Below, piece by piece: positions 51,670-64,000 of a stretch of 64,000 bases of DNA. Source of the DNA: Lingula anatina (Eukaryota; Animalia; Brachiopoda); the NCBI GenBank assembly GCA_051362555.1, contig CM120649.1:4030001-4094000 (forward strand), written 5' to 3'. The notes beneath the pieces were generated by a model. The model ran no database searches, had not been told where the DNA came from, and was given only the letters and a program-made list of their open reading frames with translations. Both the position numbers and the translations under genes were made by a program. Position 1 is the first letter of the stretch. The number at the start of each line of letters is the position of its first letter.

Positions 51670-54600
51670 TCAAGAATGCAGCTCCAGAAGTCCTCAGAAT
51701 ATCTCAGAATGAAAATGTTCATGGGGTGACATTTAATACTGAAACAGGACAATTACAAAATATCATTCATTTTTGGATATTGTCATACATTCTTTTTGCA
51801 AACACATAAAATACTAGCAAGACATCTTAGTAAAATTAAGAGTTTTTTGGAGATCAATACCTAAATTACCTTAAAAGTCACACTCTTCAAGGTTAAGCAT
51901 AGGAAAATTAAATAAAAGTGATTTTCAAATTTCAAATAATCATATCTTTATACATACACAGGATTTTATCTCAGAACTGTCAATTCTTATACCCTCAAGG
52001 ACTGTACTTTCACGGAAAGTACAAATTTCAACACAATAATGACTTCTATTTTTAACCCTTGGTGGGTAAAAAAAGGAGACCAAGATTGTGAAAATGCCCT
52101 TATCTGGGAAGCCGAAAAGTTGATGGCACAGATACTATGGAAGGCTCAATTGAAATTATTGAAACTAATTGAAATTGAAACTACTTGTTAGAATTTTTTT
52201 AGAAAGTTCCACTGTTTCTTTTGGTGTGTGATACACATGTTTATCAATTCAAAAGTAGCAACAGAAACGACGATGTGTGTTACGGCGCCGAGACCCGGTG
52301 GCGGTCCACAGAGATTAGTAACAGATCTAGAAACAATCACTTATTAACTTTTTTTTCAATTTCCTACCTCTAAAAGCTGTTATCAAACCTCTCAGTCTAA
52401 ACCCTGTCTACTCTCACCCTTCTACACCAAATTAGTTCTCATGCAAGTGACTTCTACGACAGGAAACTGGCAGAAAAATGCAATCATGACAGAGTTTAGT
52501 GCCATCAGTCCGCACGTCGTCTGCAACATACATCCGGGCACTTGGGAAGCTCCTTGATTTGATTGGCTGAGAATATGGCTGATCTTGGTGGGGGGGGGGA
52601 ATAGGATGGATATTAAGACCTAGAGTCTATAGCAATGAAATCAAGAACATGGTTCTAAAATATTACATAATTTCAGAGATAATTTATCTTTACTTTAAAT
52701 ATCAATGTGATTTTTCAAACAGATCTGTCAGTGGCTGACGGGTAACGTCTGCTAAAGCAACGAAAGGCAAGCAAAAGCATTTCATCATAGAATGCTCGAG
52801 AGTAGCAAAATTAATTTAGTGGGAGCAATTAATTGCGGTAGCTGCGAACGATTTTCTCCTCCGTATTGCAATATCGCTGCCAACGTGAGATGTTATTTTA
52901 ATGGGCGTTAGGACAAAGTAATGTTATAACATTTCTATTTCAGTGACTGATTTTAAGAAGGGTGGGGGGTCAGAAGGGTCCTCACCCCCCCCCCCCCCCT
53001 TCGATATCTGGTCCCCGCTTGAAATCAGAATTTTGACTAGCAGAATCATACAGTTCTAAACCGAAGGCCTCCAAGAAAGGCACCGGTCGCCCTCTAAAAT
53101 ACCAAAATTTTAAGGGGGCCCTTCAGCTGGGGGGGGGGGGGGGGGTGGAGGGGTGCGGGGTCGGCTTAATTGTCATCCGCGAACCCCCCTTCAAATAGGA
53201 ATCATGGATCCGCCCCTGTATGTTCGGTATATCGGAAAAATTTTATCATTCTATGAAAAACAAATTAGCACCAAAAACTAAGGCTTTATTTGAATTTTCA
53301 TCATTTTTTCTTTTTTTTTCAGGCTATTCCCTTTACATTGGATGGCTTCCTTTCTGTGCCCCATACGTAGTGGCGGATTTAAAGGGAGAAACATGGGGGT
53401 CCTGACCTCCTCCCTTCGGTTTCTGAAAAAAATCACAGTAGGCCTAATATTCTCCTCTTGGACCTAGAAATATTGGATTAGGTGATTTATAGTACTAAAC
53501 CGTACCAAATGGCACCGTTCGCCCTGTAAAATGCCAAAAAATTTCGGGACCCTTCAGTGGGCCCCAAACCCAACGCCAAACGGGGGGGACGGGAAGGGGG
53601 GTCAGCTTAGCATCGGCGTTACCCCAGACCCTCAGTTTTGTCACAATGCTACGCGTTTAAGGCCATATTGATGAAATGAGTTTTTGGTGGGGGCAATTTG
53701 GTGCGTCCCTCTCTGTTAACTTGAAAAGATATTAGAATTACCGTTCTTGTCAAAGGTGCTGAATTTCAGCTGGAAGAGCAGACTGCCGCCGTTTGCTGAA
53801 CGGAGAATTTATGTCACTGGGGACATTGGTCACATTGTCGTACACTTTTTTGCTTTTCGTTTAATTTTCTTTTTCTACCACCAAGTACATGTAAAAGAAG
53901 GCGAAAAAACATGTTTTAGGTAACAGTGTAGTATTTTGTTACCTGAGTAGAAGTAGAATAATCATTCTAACAATACGAACTTCCACACAAAACGAGGAAA
54001 ACGAGCACGTAAAAACTTGTAACCGAAAGGTGGGAGTGTTTGTGTTTTTAAAAATTAAAGGAAATTTAAGAAGCATCAGTACTTGTGTACAGAAACAGTA
54101 CGGATTTAGGCAGTGATATGCGTTTCTAAAATAGCATGTTTTGTTGTGTTTCGCGTGAAAAAAATGATTTTGTAAACAAAATTAACGGTTAAAAATGGTT
54201 CAATCCTTTAAAAAGAACACAGCACACAAAAACGAACTCCACATTTTTCTAAGGATTTTATGACTGTATGATATCTGTATGATATCAGAAAGAGAGAGAG
54301 AGAGAGAGAGAGATGCAGATGAACATTCAAAGGTGGACCCAGGGGCGGGCACGCGTCCCTTTCACTTAAGAGTGCCCCCATCTTTTCTTTGCAAAAAGTG
54401 AACAGAAGTTGAATGACGAGCGGAATGTGAAATATTCATTTTTTTATTATACCAAATTATTGTAAATTGCACTCGTCTACGGCATATCTTAAGACCTTGC
54501 CCCACCCCAACTCTCAGCCGATCCAAAGAAAATCCTAGATCCACCAGAGAAATTATCTTATAATCATTAAAAAACATTGACAACAAGCACAAAGAGTTAA

Positions 54601-55441
54601 TGGACACGGGCACGCTTTATTGTCCAGTAATACACTGCACTGTCCGCCCAACCATTCCACATGGGGAGGAAGAGTCGTCAACGAAGAGTGCACAAATTGA
54701 TGGGCGAGCCTAACAGACCCTTCAGTAGTACATACCACGGGATCTGCCACCGTGTAGGCGGCCATCCTGTGAGATACTACTCCCTTAGACATAGACAATT
54801 AGATATGGTCACAGGCAAACGGTGGGTAAGGAACGAAATAGATACACCATCAAAAGAAGTTCAAAGCTACAATGAATGTGTGTCTTATTGCTATGCATGT
54901 CTTGATAGACGCAGTCTGAATGGCTTACCCATTGAAATTCTACAAATTATGTGTTGTGTAGAGTAATTACAAGTGAACGTTGGAATTAAAATCTAAAAAA
55001 TGAATTTACAGATTGTTCTGTATATTACAAAGTGTGTAACAGACCCAGAGACCGGCCGGTCAAAAGATTTATTTTTAAAGAAACAATTGCAAGACGCAAT
55101 TAACTATGTTGTTACAAATGAATAGAAAACTAAAAAGCTTGTGAGTACATCGTTGTTAACACCACTTCAGTTCGCCAATGGTTCATCCGAGTTCCTTGGA
55201 GGATTACACGTATACTTTTGTTGACGTCACTTCCGCCCATAAACGTCACCCAACAGATGTGACGTCAATGGCTGGCGTCACATCCGCTTGGTCAAAATGG
55301 GTGCGGAAGTGACGTCAGCTTGGACAGGGCTTCGTTCGTTCAGTCAGTCTCCTTATGAGATAATTAAAAAGTTCACAGCTGAGCAGAGAGATTGCAGATA
55401 GTATTTGCAGCTGATTTGTGAAGTTAAAATCCTCAGATCGC

Positions 55442-57077
55442 CTATTTCTGATCTGGACCCTTCATCACTCTCTTGATAAAATCTGTAAGAAAAAAAGGAG
55501 TAATAAAGATATAAAGTTTCTGCACCACTGATCTGAATATAACGATTTGTCCGGTGTATGAATTTAAAGTACATACAGACGTGGGGTAACATAGAAAGTT
55601 TAATTAGGATCTTATTTTTGGGGAGTAAAAATATTAAAATATTTGTAATAAACTTCTCTTAAAGAAAAATATTTTAAACTTGTTTGTCATTAATTCCGAT
55701 TTCCAATTTTCTACATCTTTTCCACAAACAGACAACGCTGATGAAAAGAACCTCATTGGTAATTAGCTATGTGGGTGAATTTTACCTTCGTATTTCACAT
55801 TTCCGTCTAAATCTTCCTCAATTCCGGTAAATTTTACGATAAGGTCCACGTCGTCATCTGAAAGGCGTTCACCTGCACAGAAAAAAGTGGAGGAACATCA
55901 GTTTACTTTATCAAGAAAAATACAGGGTTAGACATTAAAAGATTTCAGATGAATAATGCAATAAAGCGGGTTTCGCTATTCCATGCTTACGGCCAATTAA
56001 CCCCACCCACCCAATTACCCCCTGCATACGGATATATGTACATGCATATGTAAATATTACATGAAAAGTATCCATGGGTCAGGGCTTGTCCCCTTAAATT
56101 TTAGCTTAACGTTATTCCATCTTTCCTTTCCCATCCAATAGATTCCAAATATGTTCAAGGTACGTTGCTTAAGCCTAGGTCCCAACTACGTTTCACGGTT
56201 TTTTGGGTCCCTTGCGTCCGGTTAGGACGTAGCTAGATCGCAAGGAAGGAATCAAGCGGCTGTTGATCATGTCGAAAAGTTTCTACGTGCTGTTTGCGTC
56301 CTCCAAAAGTCGCACGATGGACGTGCTCCTCACGCACGAACTCCCACGTTTTCCCCATATTTGGCCGTAGAGCACATGTAGCAGTCCGTGCGTTCGGTTG
56401 GGACCTAGGCTTTACATATAGACAAGTAGACGCACGCACGCACGCACGCACGCACACACACGCTCACTCACACATACACACAAAGAAAAGACAAGAAATA
56501 ACCCATTTGAAATTTCCGATTATAAAACTATTTTTACTTCTCTCACAGAACATATCTTCAACGATAATACCTCCAAGGCTGCACAATACCAAAACGATAT
56601 ACCCCCCACCCCACCCCCAGCTTTACCCAGAGTACTCACCTAAAGCTGTTAATACATGCCTAACCTCTGCCGCTGAGATGAGTCCCTGACCCTCCCTGTC
56701 GAAGGTTTTGAATGCCTCCATAAAGTCTGCGAAAGTTCCACTGTCTTTGATCTGGGCTGCTGCCTGGTAGATTGGAAGCAACTCCTCGAACTTGTATTGT
56801 TTCTCACCTGGATATATCAAAAAGCAAAAATAGTAGTACAGGAACAGTATCTCCGATGTAAACTAAGAGTAGCCTGCTAAACAAATTATGCATGCTCGTT
56901 ATGAATTTGTTCAATTCTGAAACTGAGAACAGTTTACTATTCTAATTTGAAATGAACCCTAATTTTTTTCACTGAAATTACCACTAAAATCTACTTTCAG
57001 TTATCATTCATCGCATAGGAATGAAAACGTGGAAGAAGTCATTCGTAATTTTTATTCATAAACTTTTATTCATTTAC

Positions 57078-57115
<38 letters not shown>

Positions 57116-57443
57116 ACTGGAACGACAATAACACTATAACACAATGAGCACATGCATAATTTTCTAAATGCATAAGTATATAAAGAAACATAACACGGCT
57201 ATAATTGTGTTACAATGACGTCATGATTACGTCATGCGATTGTTGTGATGTATGGCCACCTTCAGTGACGTCACCATGCCAGCCAGATGGACTTACCCAT
57301 TTTCTTTGTGCCGCCATTCTTCGCTACTGTCTCGTTTGTTGGGTTGATGCCGCAACACCTGAGGAACTCGCCAACTTTGAAAGCATCTACCAAGCCGTCA
57401 CGACCATCCCAGAAGTCAAAGAGATCGAACACCTCCTTGATAT
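55442..57443 (-). CDS. Myosin essential light chain, distal body B (exons 2-5; first exon not seen)
   Basis: Exons 57443-57297 (147 nt), 56807-56640 (168), 55872-55786 (87), 55482-55442. Encodes [73 protein letters not shown]. Poly(A) signal at 55068-55073 (minus). Confidence 0.92.
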
Positions 57444-58244
57444 CTGAAAGAACACGTGGAGAGAGTGTGATCAAAACGTGACAAAAAACACGATGTCTGA
57501 AAAGGCACGTGGTTACCACGTGATGGATTTGTGAGTTTTGAGTGTATTCAGTTTTGGTGCCGAATCGACACGTTCTGGAAAGTGCGAACACATTTTTATC
57601 TTAAAAGGAGCATTATTTTACCTTTTCCAAACTTGAAATGTGCCTTTACAGATTTACTTGTATACATGTACATATATACCTACCACCATATGCATGCCTT
57701 TGCAAACATAAGTGTATGCGAACACATAAATGGAGATATGTATACAGTCTGAGCAATTCACCGGTATAGTGCAAAAAATACATCAATATTCCGTATTTTT
57801 ATAATACTTTATTAACATCAAGGCTAAGCCAAGCAACTTACACGATATACATTTTGAACTTAAATGACAACTATACAAAAACACAGAATGCTCTGACATA
57901 GTGATTCAACTATCAATTCTTCATTGAAGAGAAATTAATGACATTCTTAAATATTTCTTTACAACTGTTTAAGTGTATAAAGCAATAAACGCATTTTTTA
58001 AAGTCTCATTCTCTGGGTTGGATGACTGTTTGTTTTCTCATTAGTAAAGCGCTATCTATGCATCGTAATAAGTCAATTTACTGATTATATGGACTTAAAC
58101 TATTTAAGTATTTGAGCATGCATTTGAATATGTCCATCGGGAATGCGCAACTTGACTTGTTGAACAAATCTTGGTCCATTTGGTTTGAATGTTAGTCATT
58201 TCATGGAATCTCTGTGTTTTTAAAACCATAACTTCATTCCTTTG

Positions 58245-59872
58245 TCACTGTTTCAATACTTTCTTGATGAAATCTGGAAAGAAGCAAATGCATCTACTTA
58301 AAACACATCAGACAGGCACGGAATAACTCCTTTAGTTTCCAATAACTCCTGTAGTTCTAAGAATCATTCTTATAACTTAACACAGCTGATGAAATTCTTC
58401 TCCTTTAGTTCTGCAATGTATAGTTAAGAACACGATCTTTACGAGAAAATGTAATCTACATTAGAGGTGGGGAATACACACGCACATGTTAAAAAAGAAC
58501 AATAGTGCTTTGTGTATGCATTTGTGACATGCAATAGCTTAATCTGTCTCAATCAAACCGATTGCCGTACATGTACATTGCCAGATCCAGGGTTTTGCAA
58601 AGGGGGGGGGGGGGGGGGCACAAGGACAAAATGACTTTTCCACTTCTCCATAGTATGTAGGGCACAAGGGTTAAGAAATTGGCATCTTCTGTCTTGTCTC
58701 GCTCGTTATACTATTGTAAGCGGGGGGGGGGGGGGAGTGAAGGGTGGAAGTGGGTGATACGTGGGTGCTAAGGGAGGGCCATGTGCCCCCTGAGCTCCCC
58801 CCCCTTCCTGCCCCTGGATTAATGAAATTCAACAGTGCTCTCGGTACCTTCATATTTTATGTTCCCGTCTAAATCTTCCTGAATATCCGTCATCTTCAGA
58901 ATTGTGTCCACTTCTTCATCGGACAATCGCTCTCCTGAAATTATATGTTATACGAGTTTAGCATGGTTATACAATGGAGCAGAACGAATTAAACTCTGGT
59001 TGATTTCTTTCACAGTATCATGACGTCACCTAACCCAGGAAAGGCATTACTGTCAAGCATCTTTTTAATTAAGGTAGTCTTCACCTTTGCCAAAGCGTCT
59101 TATTCATAAAGCAAATAAACCAACGTCAAATGATATCTTGTTGAGTTTTGCCTTTTCTAAATCATTATTTTACCAAATTCTTAAATGTCGCTTTCTCTCT
59201 TTCTTTCTGTTTCATTTCTTTAAATTTTGTAACCTAGTGACGTCATCACTCTCTTACCGACTGCTGTCAGCACGTGACGTAACTCTGCCGATGAAATATA
59301 TCCTTGACCTTCCCGATCAAATGTCTTGAAAGCTTCCATGAAGTCCGCAAAGGTCCCCGAATCTTTGATATTGCTGACTGATTGATATATGGGGATGATT
59401 TCTTCTAGTTTGAGTTGTTTTTCGCCTAGAAAAGAGAAATATAATCTCCTCGTCATCTTTTTATACTCGGGGGAAAAAGTGAGATTAAACATGCATTTCA
59501 ATTGAAGGAATTACAGGAAACGTGAAAACTAAAATCTTTTAATATAGACAAAGACATCGCAAATACAAACGTTTGTCAATATATGACAGGTACGTTTTAT
59601 CTGATCGTTTGTGTAGTTTATCAGGGTTATGGAAGACAATTCATTGATAAAATGGTAGGTAATAAGACGATACAAAACGGAAAATCGTGAAATTGGCTAT
59701 GCCTTTAACACCCACTGAAACATACCCATTTTCTTGGTCCCTCCGTTCTTGAGGACTACCTCATGTGTCGGGTTCAGTCCCACACATCTGAGGAAATCCC
59801 CTACAATGGCGGCATCCACCAATCCGTCCCTTCCGTCCCAGAAGTCGAACAGATCGAATACCTCCTTGACAT
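58245..59872 (-). CDS. Myosin essential light chain, proximal body A (exons 2-5; first exon not seen, probably beyond 64000)
   Basis: Exons 59872-59726 (147 nt), 59425-59258 (168), 58934-58848 (87), 58273-58245. Encodes [50 protein letters not shown]. Poly(A) signal at 57808-57813 (minus). Confidence 0.92.
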
Positions 59873-62800
59873 CTGAAATGTGTTAGGTGAGAATGTGAGA
59901 ATGTGAGACGTTGTGGTGTGTTTTTACATTCGGGATAACTCGGCAAATTTCGTGACTATCGCGGAGGTTAAGAATCACCGAGTTTGGCCGAATGACATTC
60001 CGCATGCTGAGAATGTGTTTGGTGCGTTCTTGGAACATTTCAGATTCTGCATTGTGTTAGTTGTAAAAACTGATTTTAGACGCTTACTATGAGAACAATT
60101 TTACAGTGACCGTCATAACTAAAAATTTTTACAAGAAAAAAAACACAAGCAAAAAACAAACAATGTAGTATCAATGAAAGTATGGCATATAATCTGTTAT
60201 GAAATAGTCTAACCTTGGTATGCTGACCACAGGGAAAATTTGCTACTGAAAATGACTAATACAAAGTCTCGCTTCCGATGCCAATGCTTGTCTTCAAGAG
60301 ATATTTCTACTGATTGCGAGGCATCGTAAGGAAAGACAAGAATAGCATAACACAAACAGACTCAGTAAGATTATTCCCCAAAGAAAACCTTTGCATATGT
60401 CAAATGGGCTCACCTCGTACAACCCACTGCCGATAGTAATACTTGCCTAAGCAAGGAAAAATACCAAGTTCCGTCCTACAGAAGTTGGGGTAATTATCTG
60501 CCCCTCTCTATCAAGTTTCACCACAGGCGGTGGTTATGTTCAACGCTAGGTACAACCGTAACTTGAAACCAACGGCAACTCACTGTAAAGGCGTACCCGC
60601 GGGTAGCCATACGTTTCAGTTATATCCAGTTTTATCAATTGAGTATTTTTCAATGATAACAGAGGGCCTGCGATACACTCTGTACGTAGGGTTTTTACCT
60701 ATTTTTATGCTGATACATTTTTTTCTCTAAAATCACCTGTGGCTGTTACACGTACATTCTTAGTGTGCTTACAAAATTGTGTGGCCTCTTGTCTTTCTGT
60801 GTCTTGTATTCGTTTGATAAAAGTCTAGTAGTTCCAGGTCCCGGTCTCACAAAAAAATTTAGGTCGGGTTCCCCGGCTAAGAACTAAGAAGGCTAAAAAC
60901 TAAGTCAATTGCCAAAGAGAAATTCTACACATCACAGTCTGGAGTCTGGATTGAGAATCCCTCAATTGCCTACTGTTTTCCTGAAAGCGTTAACCAGCAG
61001 GTGTAAAGGGGAAACCCGATACCGCATCCTGCTCAAGGTTCACCTGTGAGCATTTATAGTCCTTAGGGCGCCAAGAGGATGGGCTTCACCTTAAACCTTC
61101 AATTTATCACCTTGAGTATTTTTCATCACAAAAGCTTGACGATTGGAATAGTTCACTCACACACACACACACAAACACACACAATGTCTTTGGTATCAAA
61201 ATTCAACTTCTTATTACAATTGTGTTTAAAGGTACGTTTTAGCAGAAGTCTTGTTCTTGAAAACACTGATAGAAATTGCCTGCTTATCTTTGCAGTACAC
61301 CTGTAAGCCAGCCTCGCTACCTTATTTGGGAACGACATAATAGATTCGGAGGTGGGTGTGGAGATTGAAAGGGAGATTATTGGGAGAGGATTTCTGGTTT
61401 CGGGACATCATTACGCTTCCATAAGATCTCAGGTCATCGCCATAAAAACAAACCCTAACGTGGGGTAAAGCGTCGAATTAGTTTCGTTCCGTATTCCTTG
61501 TTTTATTAATATATACAAGCATGAAATGAGTATAAGTGAAAGATCATTTTATGTTGCTGGCCACGGAAACGATTCCTCTTTAAGAGAATTGCCCTATTTT
61601 TATACCCACTTTCTTTCTTAGATAGGCATTTGCTGCAAGTACCTCTACTTAGCCTTTCAACTACTCGAGGCATTTTAACATTTAAGACACTCAGATAAGT
61701 ATTCAATTAAGGTCGAGTTACTTTATATCTATGTGTTTATCATCTACACACCGAATGCTTCAGTTGGAAAGTGGTAAGGGAGCCTTATCTCAAGTGCGCA
61801 TGTCCGGCCTGGCGGCACACGATAAAAAAAAAAGTCCAGAACCAAATCGAAATATTGATAAACTCCTACCAGTATTTATAAAACTGGGAGTGAAAATGAC
61901 CAAACAGAGCAAGACCATCAGGTTTCGTAAATGATCCATTTGCTTCTCACATTTCATATGCATGTGCGTACGCGTGAGAAAGTGATGATGTCGGTAAAAT
62001 TGGCCAAGAGTCAAGTTTTTGTGAAATACTTCTAGCACATTACACTGATTTTTTACTTGTAATATATTCTAAGGCAGAAACCTATCTAGCACTGAATTTC
62101 CCTATAATATAACACCTGCTTCAAATAGATTTCAATAATGAACGCGTCTCCTCATCTTTTACAATAGGATTTTATTTGTGTTTCGTATCAGCGTGCACTC
62201 CATATTAATCTTTACCCGGCAAGGCGTCCAAGCACTACGAACAAAGATTTGAGAACTCTCTACCCTCGTACACGTTATAATTCATACACCCGAGGTGCCT
62301 TAAGGTAAAAACATAAACCGGGTAGTGGCTAGGACCTGGACGAAAGGGATCTAAGGAGAAATCTTAACGGATATCAAAACCGATTAAAGAGTGGCTGCCT
62401 GCATGGGCATAAGACTTCACGGGATGCACAGGTTACTGTAGGTGCTTGCATGTGTGCGCGTGCGTTTGCGTGTGCATGTACTTGTGCGTGCGTGTCTAGT
62501 GTTGTCCGTTTGCATGGCTATAGCTGTTAGCATGTACTGATCTTCGTATGTTTTACGTACGTTCCCCAACGTGCATAGCGACACATCTTTTTCCTTAAGC
62601 ACCCGTGATTAAAAACGCGAGGAAAATTTTGTTGGAATCTTAATGAAAAAAACATGTGCAAGCTAACATCATCTCTCCACCAGAAGAGATCGCTCTTATG
62701 TTTACACTACCCACGATCTACACTGAAATGCGGACACCTGGAAAACACCTGTGACTCCCAGTGAAACGTTACTCTTTCTTCCCTACACCCTGGGATATTC

Positions 62801-64000
62801 AGGGAGTACCTGGGACAGAAGAGGTGTTCTGATGACGGAGACCGGTTCCTATTAATCTCTGAAACTCAGGGTACCCCAGGGATCTACGGTGTAAGAATCC
62901 AGTAAGACCAGACATTAAGATCCAATTTGTGACAAATTCAATTCGCATTATTATTTTCATTAAGTCATGAAAACATGAACCTTTGATAGCGCCGAATTCC
63001 ATTTTGCTCCTTTTTATTGAAATTATTATATTTATTAGTGTGTGTGTGTGTGTGTGTGTGCGTGACAGCCAAATCGTCTGGTTATTCGAACAGCTACAAG
63101 CAGCAACAGCTTAGAGGAACGAAATATATTTATGCTCACGTTAAAAGTCTACAGACATGAACACTCAATCAATATCTTCTGGATGTCACTTTTCAGTTCA
63201 TAACCACTTGATATTCAGGGTTACCCATCTTTTTCTTGCCGGCACGTGATCCCTATTGCACCCTTCAACTAATCCAAAATGACATTTTGTTAACAAGAGG
63301 TGCTTAGAAGGTTTTAGACCATGTATTTTTTTAATCTCAGTTGATCAATTTCATAATAAAGACATATGGCCCTTAAAAAATGCAATGTTAGATTCCGTGC
63401 TCTTGATTGCATTGTTTGCATTGCCATTTTAATTGTTTTCTATAATAGTGACTTTATATCCTGTTCCCGTTTGTTTTAAAATCTTAGTTTTCATGTTCAT
63501 GACAATACTATCATTAATAATTCACCATCTAACTGTAGCATGTGTGATGATTATTGCACTTCAGTGCTTTATCTGTAAAAGGCCTGCATATTCTCGACAC
63601 GATTTAGATTTTTTTCACATAATTAGTTTTGGTAAAAATCTATTCTCTACCATTCATCGAGTGCAACAGCAACTAGTTTCATAAACGATTAATGACGATA
63701 AAACTTGTTTAAATGTCCGAGTATTAATAAAAATGTTATTATCAGTTAGACTAAACCTCGACGTAGACTTAAACCCTATCCTGCAAGCACGCATGTACGC
63801 TTACGCGCAAAAACACCAACACAAAAATCTACATTATCAGGTGACATTACAAACAGGTGATCGACGAGTTATAATTATAATTCCCAATTATTTCTACACA
63901 GATCTCTACACCTGTGGTGGGCGGACATGCCTATTTCTGGGAGGCTCGTGAATATTACCTTGTTTATTTTCAGAGCACCTACCTGACTTTCTAAGAACAC

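Noticed and set aside
57444-57591. Open frame upstream of light chain exon 2B as an unspliced N-terminus
   Set aside because: The frame starts at GTG, has no similarity to light chain N-termini, and a good phase-matched acceptor sits at 57444.
59875-64000. First exon of the light chain gene
   Set aside because: The minus-strand donors I checked (e.g. ~60410, ~61087) are not preceded by an MxKLSxDEI-like frame. The exon is probably outside the window, though a very short exon could have been missed.

Overview
AT-rich, intron-containing animal DNA, most likely a mollusc or other lophotrochozoan (the myosin essential light chain has the molluscan-type DFWDGRD EF-hand). Five gene loci were reconstructed by hand from splice sites and reading phase: NUFIP1 (+, 10 coding exons), a GalNAc-transferase with an intronless CDS (+), an uncharacterised ~1250-aa protein with three extended C2H2 modules (-), calpain-5/tra-3 (+), and a myosin essential light chain locus (-) whose first exon is not visible. 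About 34.5-54 kb is a nest of decayed transposons: Harbinger, CACTA-like, Academ-like, hAT, a Gypsy-type solo LTR, a Helentron-like element and MITEs. Three observations stand out. (1) Calpain-5 has three homologous, phase-matched, apparently mutually exclusive exons that swap the putative S-acylation linker and the first C2 loop, and two of them are followed by complementary intronic motifs that could pair like docking/selector sites. (2) The light chain locus holds two complete duplicated 4-exon bodies with no visible first exon between them, suggesting one first exon spliced to either body. (3) Calpain-5 also has a quadruplicated splice acceptor in which only the last copy is productive, plus a GC-AG intron. 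Everything was read by eye; no database search was run.
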